DNA from: an uncultured Eubacteriales bacterium
GTDB lineage: Bacteria; Bacillota; Clostridia; Oscillospirales; UBA644
Direction of reading: 5' to 3'
Assembly (NCBI GenBank): GCA_934501435.1
Contig: CAKSTW010000003.1
Coordinates: 67,842-131,841 of the forward strand
DNA: 64,000 bases
The notes under the pieces are model-generated. The model was given only the letters and a program-made list of their open reading frames with translations. It was not told where the DNA came from and made no database searches. A program made the position numbers and the translations under genes. Shown here in pieces: positions 27,307 through 36,947 of this stretch; the first letter of the stretch is position 1; each line of letters begins with the position of its first letter.

Positions 27307-28977
27307 TCAGATATTTTTGATAACCGGTAAGATCATCGGTTTGCGTTTTGTCTGATCGTAAATAAATTTCGAAAGGTCGTCTCTGACCTTACTCTTTGCG
27401 TTGTAGACCCATTCGCCCGAACCCTCTTTCGCGCAGTTTTCAATGCTCTGGGCGGTGCGTTCCTTTATTCTTTCGGTAAGGTTCTGGTTTTCCTTGACGT
27501 AGACAAATCCTCTTGTCAGAATCTCGGGCTCGGCAAGAAGTTCTTTCGTTTCGTCGTCTACGACTGCGACAACGACGATAAGTCCGTCCTGCGAAAGGTG
27601 GCGTCTGTCGCGCAAAACGATGTTTCCGACGTCCCCTACCCCGAGACCGTCGACAAGGACTTTACCCGCGGGGACCGTTCCTACGGTTTTTATAGACTTC
27701 GAAGTAAGCTCGATTATGTTGCCTATATCGGTTACCATGATATTGTTCTCGGGTATTCCCATCGATTTTGCGATAAGGGCGTGCTTTTTAAGGTGACGGT
27801 ATTCGCCGTGAACGGGAATGAAAAATTTCGGTCTTGCAAGTCCGAAAATGAGTTTTAATTCCTCCTGGCAGGCGTGTCCCGAAACGTGAACTTCGGCAAT
27901 GGAGGAAGAGACGACCTCCGCGCCCGAACGGAAAAGTTCGTTTATGACTCTGTTGACGAGTTTCTCGTTGCCGGGGATCGCGGTCGCGGAAATTACGACA
28001 AGGTCGTTTGAGGTTATTTCAACGGTTTTATGATCGGAATAAGCCATTCTGTAAAGAGCGCTCATCGGTTCTCCCTGACTTCCCGTCGTTATGATTACCA
28101 TTTTTTCGGGGGGATACTGATTTACGTTTGCTATATCGACAAGCGTATTTTCGGGAATATTCATATATCCGAGCTGGTCGGCGACTTCAAGGGTCGTCAC
28201 CATGCTTCTGCCGACGACCGCTACTTTACGCTTGTATTTTTTCGCGATATTGAGAATCTGCTGAACGCGGTCGACGTTCGAAGAAAACGTCGCGATGATA
28301 ATTCTCTTTTTCGCCGCTTTCATAAATATCTCGGAAAGCGTCTCTCCGACCTTCCTTTCGCTCATCGCAAAGCCCGGTCTTTCGGCGTTTGTCGAGTCCA
28401 TGAGAAGCGCGAGAAGCCCCCCTTTGCCGAGTTCGCCTATTCTTGCAAGGTCGATCATTCTGTCGCTTATCGGAGTTGTGTCTATCTTGAAGTCCCCGGT
28501 ATGAAGAACCGTTCCGCAGGGAGTATGCAGAGCGATCGCCGCGGCGTCCGCAATAGAATGGTTGACATGAATATATTCGACTTTGAAAGTCCCGCAGTCG
28601 ATAGTGTCTCCGGGCGCGACTTCGACAAGTTCCGCTTTCTTTTCAAGATGAAATTCCTTGAGTTTGTTATAAATAAGACCGAGAGTAAGTCTCGTTCCGT
28701 AAACGGGAACGTTGACCTGCCTTAAAAGATACGGGATACCTCCGATATGGTCTTCGTGACCGTGGGTTATGAAAAGAGCCTTGAAACGGTCCTGGTTTTT
28801 TATAAGATACTGCATATCGGGGATAACGTAGTCGACTCCCGGCATATCGTCGTCGGGGAAAAGAAGTCCGCAGTCTATTGCGATTATGTCTTTTCCGCAT
28901 TCGAAGACCGTAAGGTTCTTGCCTATCTCATTAAGACCGCCGAGCGGTATTATTCTCAGTTTTTCTGCTTTTTTCAA
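27307..28977 (-). CDS. rnj: ribonuclease J
   Basis: IIPLGGLNEIGKNL and ITHGHEDHIGG (metallo-beta-lactamase/beta-CASP). 556 aa. Confidence 0.9.
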   Translation of the reverse strand: MKKAEKLRIIPLGGLNEIGKNLTVFECGKDIIAIDCGLLFPDDDMPGVDYVIPDMQYLIKNQDRFKALFITHGHEDHIGGIPYLLRQVNVPVYGTRLTLGLIYNKLKEFHLEKKAELVEVAPGDTIDCGTFKVEYIHVNHSIADAAAIALHTPCGTVLHTGDFKIDTTPISDRMIDLARIGELGKGGLLALLMDSTNAERPGFAMSERKVGETLSEIFMKAAKKRIIIATFSSNVDRVQQILNIAKKYKRKVAVVGRSMVTTLEVADQLGYMNIPENTLVDIANVNQYPPEKMVIITTGSQGEPMSALYRMAYSDHKTVEITSNDLVVISATAIPGNEKLVNRVINELFRSGAEVVSSSIAEVHVSGHACQEELKLIFGLARPKFFIPVHGEYRHLKKHALIAKSMGIPENNIMVTDIGNIIELTSKSIKTVGTVPAGKVLVDGLGVGDVGNIVLRDRRHLSQDGLIVVVAVVDDETKELLAEPEILTRGFVYVKENQNLTERIKERTAQSIENCAKEGSGEWVYNAKSKVRDDLSKFIYDQTKRKPMILPVIKNI

Positions 28978-29215
28978 ATATGTTCCTCCTTTTTCATTAT
29001 AAAAAGATACAGTTATGTAGCGACATCGCCTTTTCCGCCGTAAAAACCCGAAAAACCGTTTTCACTGCCATAAAAAAGCGGCGCCGCCCGTTTATTTTGT
29101 TCCGCCGTTATGCGGAAAAGTATGAAAAAGGCGCGCCTCGCCGCCGTATCCATACTTAAATATTCAATTTATATATAATAAATTTTATATTTCGGAATTA
29201 TTTTATTATATTATA

Positions 29216-31393
29216 TCATTCAGTTGTGTCATTTTTTACCTTTTCGGAAACTGTTTTTATTTTATTTACATAAAATTCACACAATGCGCGCGCGGTCTCG
29301 GCGTTTGCCGCCTCCGCCGTGATCTTAAAGCCGCGCCTGTCGGCAGTCGGGAAGATCGATGCGTTTCCGCGTTGAGGCGAAGATATCCTTATCGCGCCGA
29401 AACGCCGTTTTGCACCGGGAAGAGACGAAAGTTCCGATATTATCCTCGCTTTGTCCCGCCCGACAAAAAGCCTTTCGGCGGAAACCGAAATTTCGGGAAA
29501 ACGGCGCAGAATATCGCGAAAAGCCTCTCCGCTTTCGGAAATATACGACATAAGTTCCGCAGCGCAGAAAACGGGGTCGAGAAAATTATACATAAGGTAT
29601 CTGTCCCCGTCCGAAAAAGAAATGCGGCGGACCGTAAAGCCGTTTTCGGCGGCTGTTTTTTCGGCGACGGAACTGAAATATTCGGGAATAAAGACCTTTT
29701 TTCTGCGTTTTCCGAACGCGTAAAAACAGGCAAGACGCACGTCGTTTTCGGAATATTCCCCGCCGTCCGCCGTAAAAATTTTCAATTTGTCGCCCGAAAG
29801 CACTGCCTTTTCCCCGCTCTTCAGGGTAAAGGAGGGATAATCGGACAGATTTTCCCCGAACAACTGCGAAAGATGATGTCCGTAAACTGTAAGAAACCCG
29901 TCGAAGACCTTTAGTTTTCCGCCTCCGCCGTATATAAAATCGCGGGAAAGATATTTTGAAAGCACCGTTTTTGCCTTTTGCGGGGAAATGAGCAGCCCGT
30001 CCTCATCGACAAGCGTCGCACCTCCGTCTTTCATATAAACGCCGCCCTGAAATCCGAAATTTCTGACGATATACTTAAGCGCCGAAAGGTCGGTCCGGAC
30101 AAGAAGATATACGTTGCTGCCGCAGTCCCTGACTGCCGATGAAAAGGTCTGCGCGGCGGCGGTATACGCTTTTTTCGGAAGCGCAAGCGCAATATTTCCG
30201 TCGAACGTTCTTCCGCAGGCGTATCCCCAGCGCAAAGCGTCCGAAAGACCGTTTTGAAGATCAAACCCTCCGCATATAATATCCGGGCGCCCGACAGCCG
30301 ACATTATTCTGCCCGAAAGAGACGAACCTTCGGCAAAAGAACACCCGCCCGAAACGACGCTGCCCGAAGAAACGACCGAGCCCGCGCCGACAGCCGTTTT
30401 TTTTCCGATAACGCTCCCGTCGCCGACCGACGAATTTTCCCCGACGGCTGATCTTTCGCAAAGTACGCTTCTTCGTATAAAAGCGTTTTTGCCTACCGAA
30501 ACGCCGTCAAAAAGAACGCTCCCGTCGATTTTCGCGCCGTCTTCGATAATACAGCCGTCGCCTATTACCGAGAAAGGGCCTATTTCCGCCTTGCCTATCC
30601 TGCAATTTTTGCCGATAACGCACGGAGAAACGATTTTTGCTTCCGGAATATCTTCCGGCTTTTCAAATTTACAGTCCCTGACCTTTCCGTTCAGAATATC
30701 CCTGTTCGCGCGCAGAAACTTTTCGCAGGTTCCGATGTCCTCCCAATAGAAATCAAAACATTTCGCATATATCGGAATATGTTTTTTCAGAAGCAGAGGA
30801 AAAAGATCTTTTGAAAAATCAAACGGAACGTTTTCGGGGATAAAATCAAAAATTTCTTTTTTGAAAATATAGATGCCCGCGTTTATTTCCGTCGTAAAAA
30901 CTCTCGACCAATCGGGTTTTTCAACAAATTCGCAGACCCTGTTTTTTTCGTCGGTTATCACGGTTCCGTATTCCGTCGGGTCGTCTCTTTCGGCAAGAAT
31001 TACGGTCGCCGTTCCGTTTTTTTCTTTATGAAAATTCACGGCGTCCGCAATATCGAGATCGCAAAGGCAGTCGCCGCTCATAACGATAAAATCGCCGTCG
31101 AAAAAGTCTCTTGCCGCGCCGACCGACCCTGCCGTTCCGAGGGGCGTTTCTTCGTTAAAAAAAGTAAAAGAAACATTCGGAAAACGGTTTTCAAGACATT
31201 CTTTTATTTTTTCGCCCATAAACATCGTCGTGACGGCAATTTCCGTTATTCCGTATTTCATAAGAAGTTCCGCCGCGCGCACGATACATTCTTTCCCTGC
31301 CAATGGTACAAGGGGCTTAGGCAGAGAGTCTGTTATCGGGCGGAGCCTCACACCCTTTCCTCCCGCGGTTATAACGGCTTTCAATTCTGACAT
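29216..31393 (-). CDS. sugar-phosphate nucleotidyltransferase fused to a phosphohexomutase-like C-terminal region
   Basis: Start trimmed to ATG 31393 (MSELKAVITAGGKGVRLRPITDSLPKPLVPL) after SD AGGAGAG. Contains the NTP-transferase G-loop, hexapeptide repeats (left-handed beta-helix) and a long C-terminal domain. Confidence 0.75.
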   Translation of the reverse strand: MSELKAVITAGGKGVRLRPITDSLPKPLVPLAGKECIVRAAELLMKYGITEIAVTTMFMGEKIKECLENRFPNVSFTFFNEETPLGTAGSVGAARDFFDGDFIVMSGDCLCDLDIADAVNFHKEKNGTATVILAERDDPTEYGTVITDEKNRVCEFVEKPDWSRVFTTEINAGIYIFKKEIFDFIPENVPFDFSKDLFPLLLKKHIPIYAKCFDFYWEDIGTCEKFLRANRDILNGKVRDCKFEKPEDIPEAKIVSPCVIGKNCRIGKAEIGPFSVIGDGCIIEDGAKIDGSVLFDGVSVGKNAFIRRSVLCERSAVGENSSVGDGSVIGKKTAVGAGSVVSSGSVVSGGCSFAEGSSLSGRIMSAVGRPDIICGGFDLQNGLSDALRWGYACGRTFDGNIALALPKKAYTAAAQTFSSAVRDCGSNVYLLVRTDLSALKYIVRNFGFQGGVYMKDGGATLVDEDGLLISPQKAKTVLSKYLSRDFIYGGGGKLKVFDGFLTVYGHHLSQLFGENLSDYPSFTLKSGEKAVLSGDKLKIFTADGGEYSENDVRLACFYAFGKRRKKVFIPEYFSSVAEKTAAENGFTVRRISFSDGDRYLMYNFLDPVFCAAELMSYISESGEAFRDILRRFPEISVSAERLFVGRDKARIISELSSLPGAKRRFGAIRISSPQRGNASIFPTADRRGFKITAEAANAETARALCEFYVNKIKTVSEKVKNDTTE

Positions 31394-31474
31394 AAAAAAC
31401 TCTCCTGACAAAAAAATAAGTCTGATTTTCTCAGACTTATTATTTCCCTTTTAAGGCGGAGTATTCCGTTTTTT

Positions 31475-32194
31475 CTATGAAAGAATATTTTCGATGAGTT
31501 TTTCGGCGTTAGCGAATTCCGCTTTTTTCTGATCAGACATCTGCGCAAGAGTTCCGCTAAAGACGCGAAGACCTATATAAATGGGAATATCTTCTTCTCC
31601 CCTGCCTATCTTTTCGCCGAGTCTGTCGTTTAGCAGAACGGCTTTTCCGTCATAATAAAGAGGCAGTGAAGTAATTGAGGACAGGTCTTCGAGAGCTTCG
31701 GCCTCCGAAAGAAAGTCCATACCTACGGTATCTCCGAGCAGTATCATACATTCGCCGGTCCGCAGAGCCGTCAGTATCTGTTCTTTATGTTTCTGAATTT
31801 CGGTCGCGGTCTCCCTGTTCCCCTCGATATTTATATAATTTATCGAAACGGTCACTTTTCCGTCGCCGTTAAGGTCTTCGCCGACGCTTTCGAGATACCG
31901 TTTGAGATAATCGGAATCTTCTTCGTAGATATATGTTTTGCCGTCGCCGTCCGAAAGATAATCGCCGTTTTCCCTTGTTATAACGGGATTCTGCAAAACG
32001 CATATCATTTCATAGTCGTATTTTTCTTTCATAACAAGAGACGTCGAAAGATAGATAAGAACGGCGACCGCAGCCACGGCGATCATGACGTGATATTTGT
32101 GGTAATACCAGAAATTCGAAAGTTTATCCGCGAAAGTCGCGTTCGGGTCTTTATACTTATCGGCTTCCCTGACCCATTTTTTTTCTTGTTCCAA
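31475..32194 (-). CDS. hypothetical membrane-anchored protein
   Basis: 239 aa with a single N-terminal TM segment (HVMIAVAAVAVLIYLSTSLV). No motif recognised. Confidence 0.6.
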   Translation of the reverse strand: MEQEKKWVREADKYKDPNATFADKLSNFWYYHKYHVMIAVAAVAVLIYLSTSLVMKEKYDYEMICVLQNPVITRENGDYLSDGDGKTYIYEEDSDYLKRYLESVGEDLNGDGKVTVSINYINIEGNRETATEIQKHKEQILTALRTGECMILLGDTVGMDFLSEAEALEDLSSITSLPLYYDGKAVLLNDRLGEKIGRGEEDIPIYIGLRVFSGTLAQMSDQKKAEFANAEKLIENILS

Positions 32195-32209
32195 AATTTC
32201 CTCCGCAGG

Positions 32210-32629
32210 TCATTTATCCGAAAGTTTTTTCTTTATATCGGCGCTTGAAATTCCGTTCGTATGCGGCAGATACTCTACTGCGACGCCGTGTTTTCCGAGT
32301 TTCTTCTCAATATCGTTATATAATTCGGTTCCTTTCCAGTCGTCTCCGTGGAAAAGCGCGTCAAAATGCAGTTTTTCCCATGCTTCGATTTTATCCAGAG
32401 AAGTCTGAGGCACGACATCGTCCACATATCTTATCGCCTGAACAATGGCCTTTCTCTCTTCAAAAGAGATGAGCGGGCATCTGTGTTTGTATTCTTTTAC
32501 CAGCTCGTCGGTACTGACCCCGACGATAAGGTATTCGCACTGTTCTTTCGCATTGCGAAGAAGGTTGAGATGTCCTATATGAAACAGGTCGAATACTCCG
32601 GTGGTATAGCCGATGTTGTACTTTTTCAT
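32210..32629 (-). CDS. tagD: glycerol-3-phosphate cytidylyltransferase
   Basis: YTTGVFDLFHIGHLNLLRNAK (HxGH cytidylyltransferase motif). 139 aa. Confidence 0.85.
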   Translation of the reverse strand: MKKYNIGYTTGVFDLFHIGHLNLLRNAKEQCEYLIVGVSTDELVKEYKHRCPLISFEERKAIVQAIRYVDDVVPQTSLDKIEAWEKLHFDALFHGDDWKGTELYNDIEKKLGKHGVAVEYLPHTNGISSADIKKKLSDK

Positions 32630-33438
32630 GATTCACCTTTCCGAGTATCAAAACTTATTCTGAGGGGTTTATGCGTTCTCCTTTTTTCCTCCGGAGGAAG
32701 TTCCGCATAATTTTTACCGAAAATCCGCGTAAGCACATATTCGTAATCTTTCGGCGCAAAATAACTGTTCTTTTCGAATTCTACAAGGCTCGCAGGTTCA
32801 TATACGCTTTTCGGCATCGTCTGTCTGACAGAATCATAGTTGCTGCCGTAATTAGTGTAAAACGCTCCGCCCCTGCCGCTGTTTTTGCTCATCAACCGGA
32901 TCTGAAACTTCTGAAGTTTTTCGATAGAAAACGGAAAAGCGAAGAAAACGGCGATTTTTCTGATAATATCGTTTTTCCGCAGCCCTTTTTTGCTTATTAT
33001 CAGAACATTTATGCTCTTGATTATTTTCGTACGGAACTTCTTTTCGAAAGAAGTCTCCGAAAATTCCTCATCAAGAGGAAATACGTCGACAAAAATTCCC
33101 TTCGGAACATCAAGCCCCGCAATGTTTTCTTCATCGAAAAGAGTATGTTTTTTCCGGATCTTCGAAAAAGGAAGCCAATATTCCTTGTCGGTTTTTATAC
33201 TGTGAAGATAGAAGTTATCGTTTAACTCCGTTTCGCAGAGGTCGAGGAACCTGTTATATTCGGCACGTGGCATCGCAATATCAAGGTCGTCGTCCCACGG
33301 AATAAAGCCCTTATGCCTTATTGCGCCGAGAAGCGTTCCGCCTATAAGAAAATACGAAAGACCGTTTTCGGAACAGATCCGGTGTATTTCATTGAGAATT
33401 TCCAATTCGGTAAGCTGCAGTTCTCTTAAATATTCCAT
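32626..33438 (-). CDS. licD: LicD family phosphocholine/phosphotransferase
   Basis: Start trimmed to MEYLRELQL at 33438 after SD AAGGGG. LIGGTLLGAIRHKGFIPWDDDLDIAMPR is the LicD signature. Confidence 0.8.
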   Translation of the reverse strand: MEYLRELQLTELEILNEIHRICSENGLSYFLIGGTLLGAIRHKGFIPWDDDLDIAMPRAEYNRFLDLCETELNDNFYLHSIKTDKEYWLPFSKIRKKHTLFDEENIAGLDVPKGIFVDVFPLDEEFSETSFEKKFRTKIIKSINVLIISKKGLRKNDIIRKIAVFFAFPFSIEKLQKFQIRLMSKNSGRGGAFYTNYGSNYDSVRQTMPKSVYEPASLVEFEKNSYFAPKDYEYVLTRIFGKNYAELPPEEKRRTHKPLRISFDTRKGES

Positions 33439-33510
33439 AGATATTACCCCTTCTCGGAAACTCAATGACTTGTATATTATAATATATTTCACACAAATTT
33501 GCAAGACTCT

Positions 33511-33612
33511 TCACAGAAAAAGCCCAAATTTACCGAAAATCAAAAACACGGCGGCAAATATGCCGCCGATAGAGAGGGCTGTGCTGTTTATAAGTGTTCC
33601 GAGCCGTATCAT
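33511..33612 (-). CDS. possible 33-aa hydrophobic peptide
   Basis: Below the track cutoff. SD GGGGG lies 7 nt before ATG 33612. My translation is MIRLGTLINSTALSIGGIFAAVFLIFGKFGLFL. There is no other support. Confidence 0.25.
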   Translation of the reverse strand: MIRLGTLINSTALSIGGIFAAVFLIFGKFGLFL

Positions 33613-33678
33613 TACCAAACCCCCTTTTTGGGGCTGCATAGTTAAAGGACGGAATCCGATATGGGATCCCGTCCTTTT

Positions 33679-34713
33679 TTATCTTTGTCCCGTCAATATT
33701 CTTCTCAGGCAGGGAATCCGTCGCAGTACAATATCAAACAGATATATAAATACAACGGTTAACACAATAGTAAGAACATAATTGACCGGAGCAAAGTATA
33801 CAGACTTCGGCATGGCAAGATAAAGAAGTTTCGTAAATACCGCACCGACATTCAGATGCATGGCAAAAACCAGAAATGAAATCGTTTCGAAATCGTGATA
33901 GCCGTCTTTCACAAAGAAATCCATAATAAGCCAAAAGGCAAAACACATTACAAGAAGTATCGGTACATGAACTGCTCCGGGAAGTATCTCCTTATATTCC
34001 GCATACAGACCGACAATGCATGCAATAAAGACAGGGACGGCAATAATTCTCACAGTCGGAGAGCTTTTTCGCTTGAACAAATCAAAACCGTATCTTCCTA
34101 TCAAAGCCCCCGCCAGATAGTAAGTCAAAGCATCGTGTCGGTAAAATATCTCTTCCGGAAGCCCGTATCCGAACATATTGAGAATTATCAGTATCAGAAA
34201 AGCAGCCGTTCCTATCTTCTTATTCTTTACGATCAGGTACAGAAGAGGACAAAACAGAGTAAAGACGATAAGATCGAAAATAAACCAGAAGGGACCGTAT
34301 GCCTTATAAAAAAATATACCGCCGAGGATATTGCCGACAGAAAGAGAAAATAACTGCCGGTTTATAAAGAACTTTGAAACAGGCGTATAGGAACACAGCA
34401 GATTGAACACTACCCAGATTATATTCCATGACAGATAAGGAATTACAAGCGACTTAAAGCGCGACTTGTATTTTTTCAGAGTCATATCCGGTTCGTAGTT
34501 CCGATAAAACAACGCTCCCGATATAATTAAAAACAAAGGGACTGCGACTTTTGCAATCATATTAAGGATCTGGGAAACAAATAAAACAGCTCCGCCGAAA
34601 TTTCCGTCCAAATTATAGTTCGGCAAAGACGGCATGTGTATAATAAAGACCAAAATCGACAGAATGAATGTCGTTTTATATTTTTTACAAGTAAAAAAAT
34701 CGGCGCGTATCAT
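33679..34713 (-). CDS. acyltransferase family 3 membrane protein (O-acyltransferase)
   Basis: Start trimmed to MIRADFF at 34713 after SD AAAGGGGAAG. The protein has about 10 TM segments. Its stop is followed at once by a hairpin, AAAAGGACGGGAUCCCAUAUCGGAUUCCGUCCUUU. Confidence 0.75.
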   Translation of the reverse strand: MIRADFFTCKKYKTTFILSILVFIIHMPSLPNYNLDGNFGGAVLFVSQILNMIAKVAVPLFLIISGALFYRNYEPDMTLKKYKSRFKSLVIPYLSWNIIWVVFNLLCSYTPVSKFFINRQLFSLSVGNILGGIFFYKAYGPFWFIFDLIVFTLFCPLLYLIVKNKKIGTAAFLILIILNMFGYGLPEEIFYRHDALTYYLAGALIGRYGFDLFKRKSSPTVRIIAVPVFIACIVGLYAEYKEILPGAVHVPILLVMCFAFWLIMDFFVKDGYHDFETISFLVFAMHLNVGAVFTKLLYLAMPKSVYFAPVNYVLTIVLTVVFIYLFDIVLRRIPCLRRILTGQR

Positions 34714-35019
34714 TTGTTTTTCTTCCCCTTTTTGACAGTTTATAATGCCTGAAACAAAGGTGGGCAAGCTGCTGTTGTCCGGTGCAGGCTCTTAAGATTA
34801 TTTCTCTCTTTTTGCCTTGAAAGGTATCCGCCCGTATGCGGAAAAAAGAATTTCCGGAGCATTTCTCGGTGCCGTGTGTCGGAGTTTTCACGGACTGTTT
34901 TTCGGCATAACGATAAAGAAACCGCAGAAAATACCGACGTATTTGCAAAATTTCCGCAAAAGTCGGGACAACCTGTCCGTCAAAACTGATAAGGATTCGT
35001 TTCTTCTCCGCCTGCCCGA

Positions 35020-35047
35020 AAACTATGATATAATTATATCATAGTTT
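35020..35047. repeat. perfect 28-bp palindrome
   Basis: AAACTATGATATAA|TTATATCATAGTTT, with 14-bp arms, no spacer and no mismatch. It lies in the 470-bp gap at the left edge of the accessory island. Confidence 0.9.
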
Positions 35048-35184
35048 CCGACAGATTTCAATCCACCCGTAAGAAAAAGGAAGAAAGAACCTCCGCAAAG
35101 CAGGTTTTTCCGGAATCGCCGCTCTGCTCTTCGGTTCTTAACTTTCAGTAAGTTCAAACTGTAACATTGAAAAGCAGCCCGTTT

Positions 35185-36324
35185 TTATTCCTTCCCGCGC
35201 TTTTTACCGCCCGCATTTTCGCTCGCCTTGAAATTATATATCGGCTTGATGATTTTCTCGACGATTACGGTTTCTTTTATGTTATTCATTATTTCTTCCA
35301 TCGGTTTATACACCATGGGACATTCATCGATTGTATCTCTTGCGACAGAAGTGGTAAAAATGCCTTCCATTGATTTCTCGAACGCGCTCAAAGTAAAGGA
35401 ATCAAAAGCATCTTTTCGGCTCATCAATCTTCCTGCGCCGTGAGGAGCGCTGCAATTCCAGTCTTCATTTCCGAGTCCCGTGCAGATAAGGCTCCCGTCA
35501 CGCATGTTCATGGGAATCAGGAGACGCTCATCTTTTTTTGCCGACACGGCACCTTTGCGGAGGATCATCGTATTAACATCAACATAGTTGTGGATTGTTG
35601 TAAAGCTGTCATCTTCCGTTAATTTCATACCGTCGAGAATCACTTCTTTGATTACCGTCCGGTTCAGATCGGCGAAAGCCTGCATAAACTCCATGTCATG
35701 TAAATAGTCCTGCATTTCATCACCGCTGAGATATGCAAGTTCATACGGAATCTCGGTCTGATTTTTGCCGCCGCAGGCATTGTAAGCCTTTTTCTGATAG
35801 TATTCCGCAACACGCAATCCGAGATTTCGACTTCCCGTATGTATTACCAAATATAAGTTGTCCTCATGATCTTTATCTATCTCGATAAAGTGGTTGCCTC
35901 CGCCAAGAGTCCCGATGCTTTCCTTGGCGCGACGTATATCAACCTTTCCGACGCAGCGCAGGTCATAAATATCAAGGCGGCCGTGACTTCTGTGGCTTCT
36001 TTCCCGAACTTCTCTGCCATACGGAATATTTTGACGGATGAAACTGTCAAGTTTAGGCAGATCGACCCTTTTTTCTTTCAGTTTTACTGTCAGCATTCCG
36101 CATCCGATATCTACTCCGACGATGTTGGGAACGATTTTATCTTTAACTGTCATGGTTGTCCCGATAGTACAACCTTTTCCCGCGTGCACATCCGGCATAA
36201 TCCGGATTTTGGATTCAGCAGAATAAGGCTGATTACAGAATGTCCTGATCAATCCCTCGGCAGAGGCCTCAAGGGTGTCCGTAAATATTTTCGCTGTCCC
36301 GTATTGTCCTTTAATTTCTATCAT
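35185..36324 (-). CDS. rtcB: RtcB family RNA 3'-phosphate ligase
   Basis: MPDVHAGKGCTIG, GGGNHFIE, HTGSRNLG and SAPHGAGR (nucleophilic His region). 379 aa. Confidence 0.9.
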   Translation of the reverse strand: MIEIKGQYGTAKIFTDTLEASAEGLIRTFCNQPYSAESKIRIMPDVHAGKGCTIGTTMTVKDKIVPNIVGVDIGCGMLTVKLKEKRVDLPKLDSFIRQNIPYGREVRERSHRSHGRLDIYDLRCVGKVDIRRAKESIGTLGGGNHFIEIDKDHEDNLYLVIHTGSRNLGLRVAEYYQKKAYNACGGKNQTEIPYELAYLSGDEMQDYLHDMEFMQAFADLNRTVIKEVILDGMKLTEDDSFTTIHNYVDVNTMILRKGAVSAKKDERLLIPMNMRDGSLICTGLGNEDWNCSAPHGAGRLMSRKDAFDSFTLSAFEKSMEGIFTTSVARDTIDECPMVYKPMEEIMNNIKETVIVEKIIKPIYNFKASENAGGKKRGKE

Positions 36325-36385
36325 TTGTTTTCTCCGTTTCTATATATTACGTCGCGGACGGTCTTTGAAAGACGCAAAGAGCGCA

Positions 36386-36928
36386 TCATACGATTATTGT
36401 CTCCCTGAAACATGCGTTGTTGATTTGCATCTGTTCAAAAGTCACAGGTTCAAAACCGTTGATGTCTGCTCCGGCGTTCAGCAGACGCGGATTGTTTTTA
36501 ATAACCGACCGGTAAGGCAGGGGTATGTTATTGTGAATATGTCCGTGAACCATATAACTTTTCAGTTCGTGCTTCCAGCACATCAAAGGATAATGACAAA
36601 GCACGAGACTGTGTTTGCCGTCCGAAACCTCTATGAAATGGTCAACCGAAAGAAAATAGCGTGAAGCGTCCAACCTTTTTAACCAACCGCCGTCATGGTT
36701 CCCGACAACGAGCCTTTTCCTGCCTTTAAGCTGCTTTAGAATTTTTTCGGGATCTTTATGTTTGTAAAACAGGTCCCCGACTATATACACGGTATCATTC
36801 CCGGATACCCTTTCGTTCCACCGCTCAATCATAAAGCTGTCCATTTCCTTGACGCTTTTGAAAGGGCGGCGGCATAAATCGATAACGGCTCCGTGTCCGA
36901 AATGTGTGTCCGCTATAAAGAAAAGCAT
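36386..36928 (-). CDS. calcineurin-like metallophosphoesterase
   Basis: FIADTHFGH (DxH), IVGDLF (GD), VVGNHDG (GNHD), GHIH. 180 aa. Confidence 0.8.
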   Translation of the reverse strand: MLFFIADTHFGHGAVIDLCRRPFKSVKEMDSFMIERWNERVSGNDTVYIVGDLFYKHKDPEKILKQLKGRKRLVVGNHDGGWLKRLDASRYFLSVDHFIEVSDGKHSLVLCHYPLMCWKHELKSYMVHGHIHNNIPLPYRSVIKNNPRLLNAGADINGFEPVTFEQMQINNACFRETIIV

Positions 36929-36947
36929 GATTCGATCTCCGTTAATT

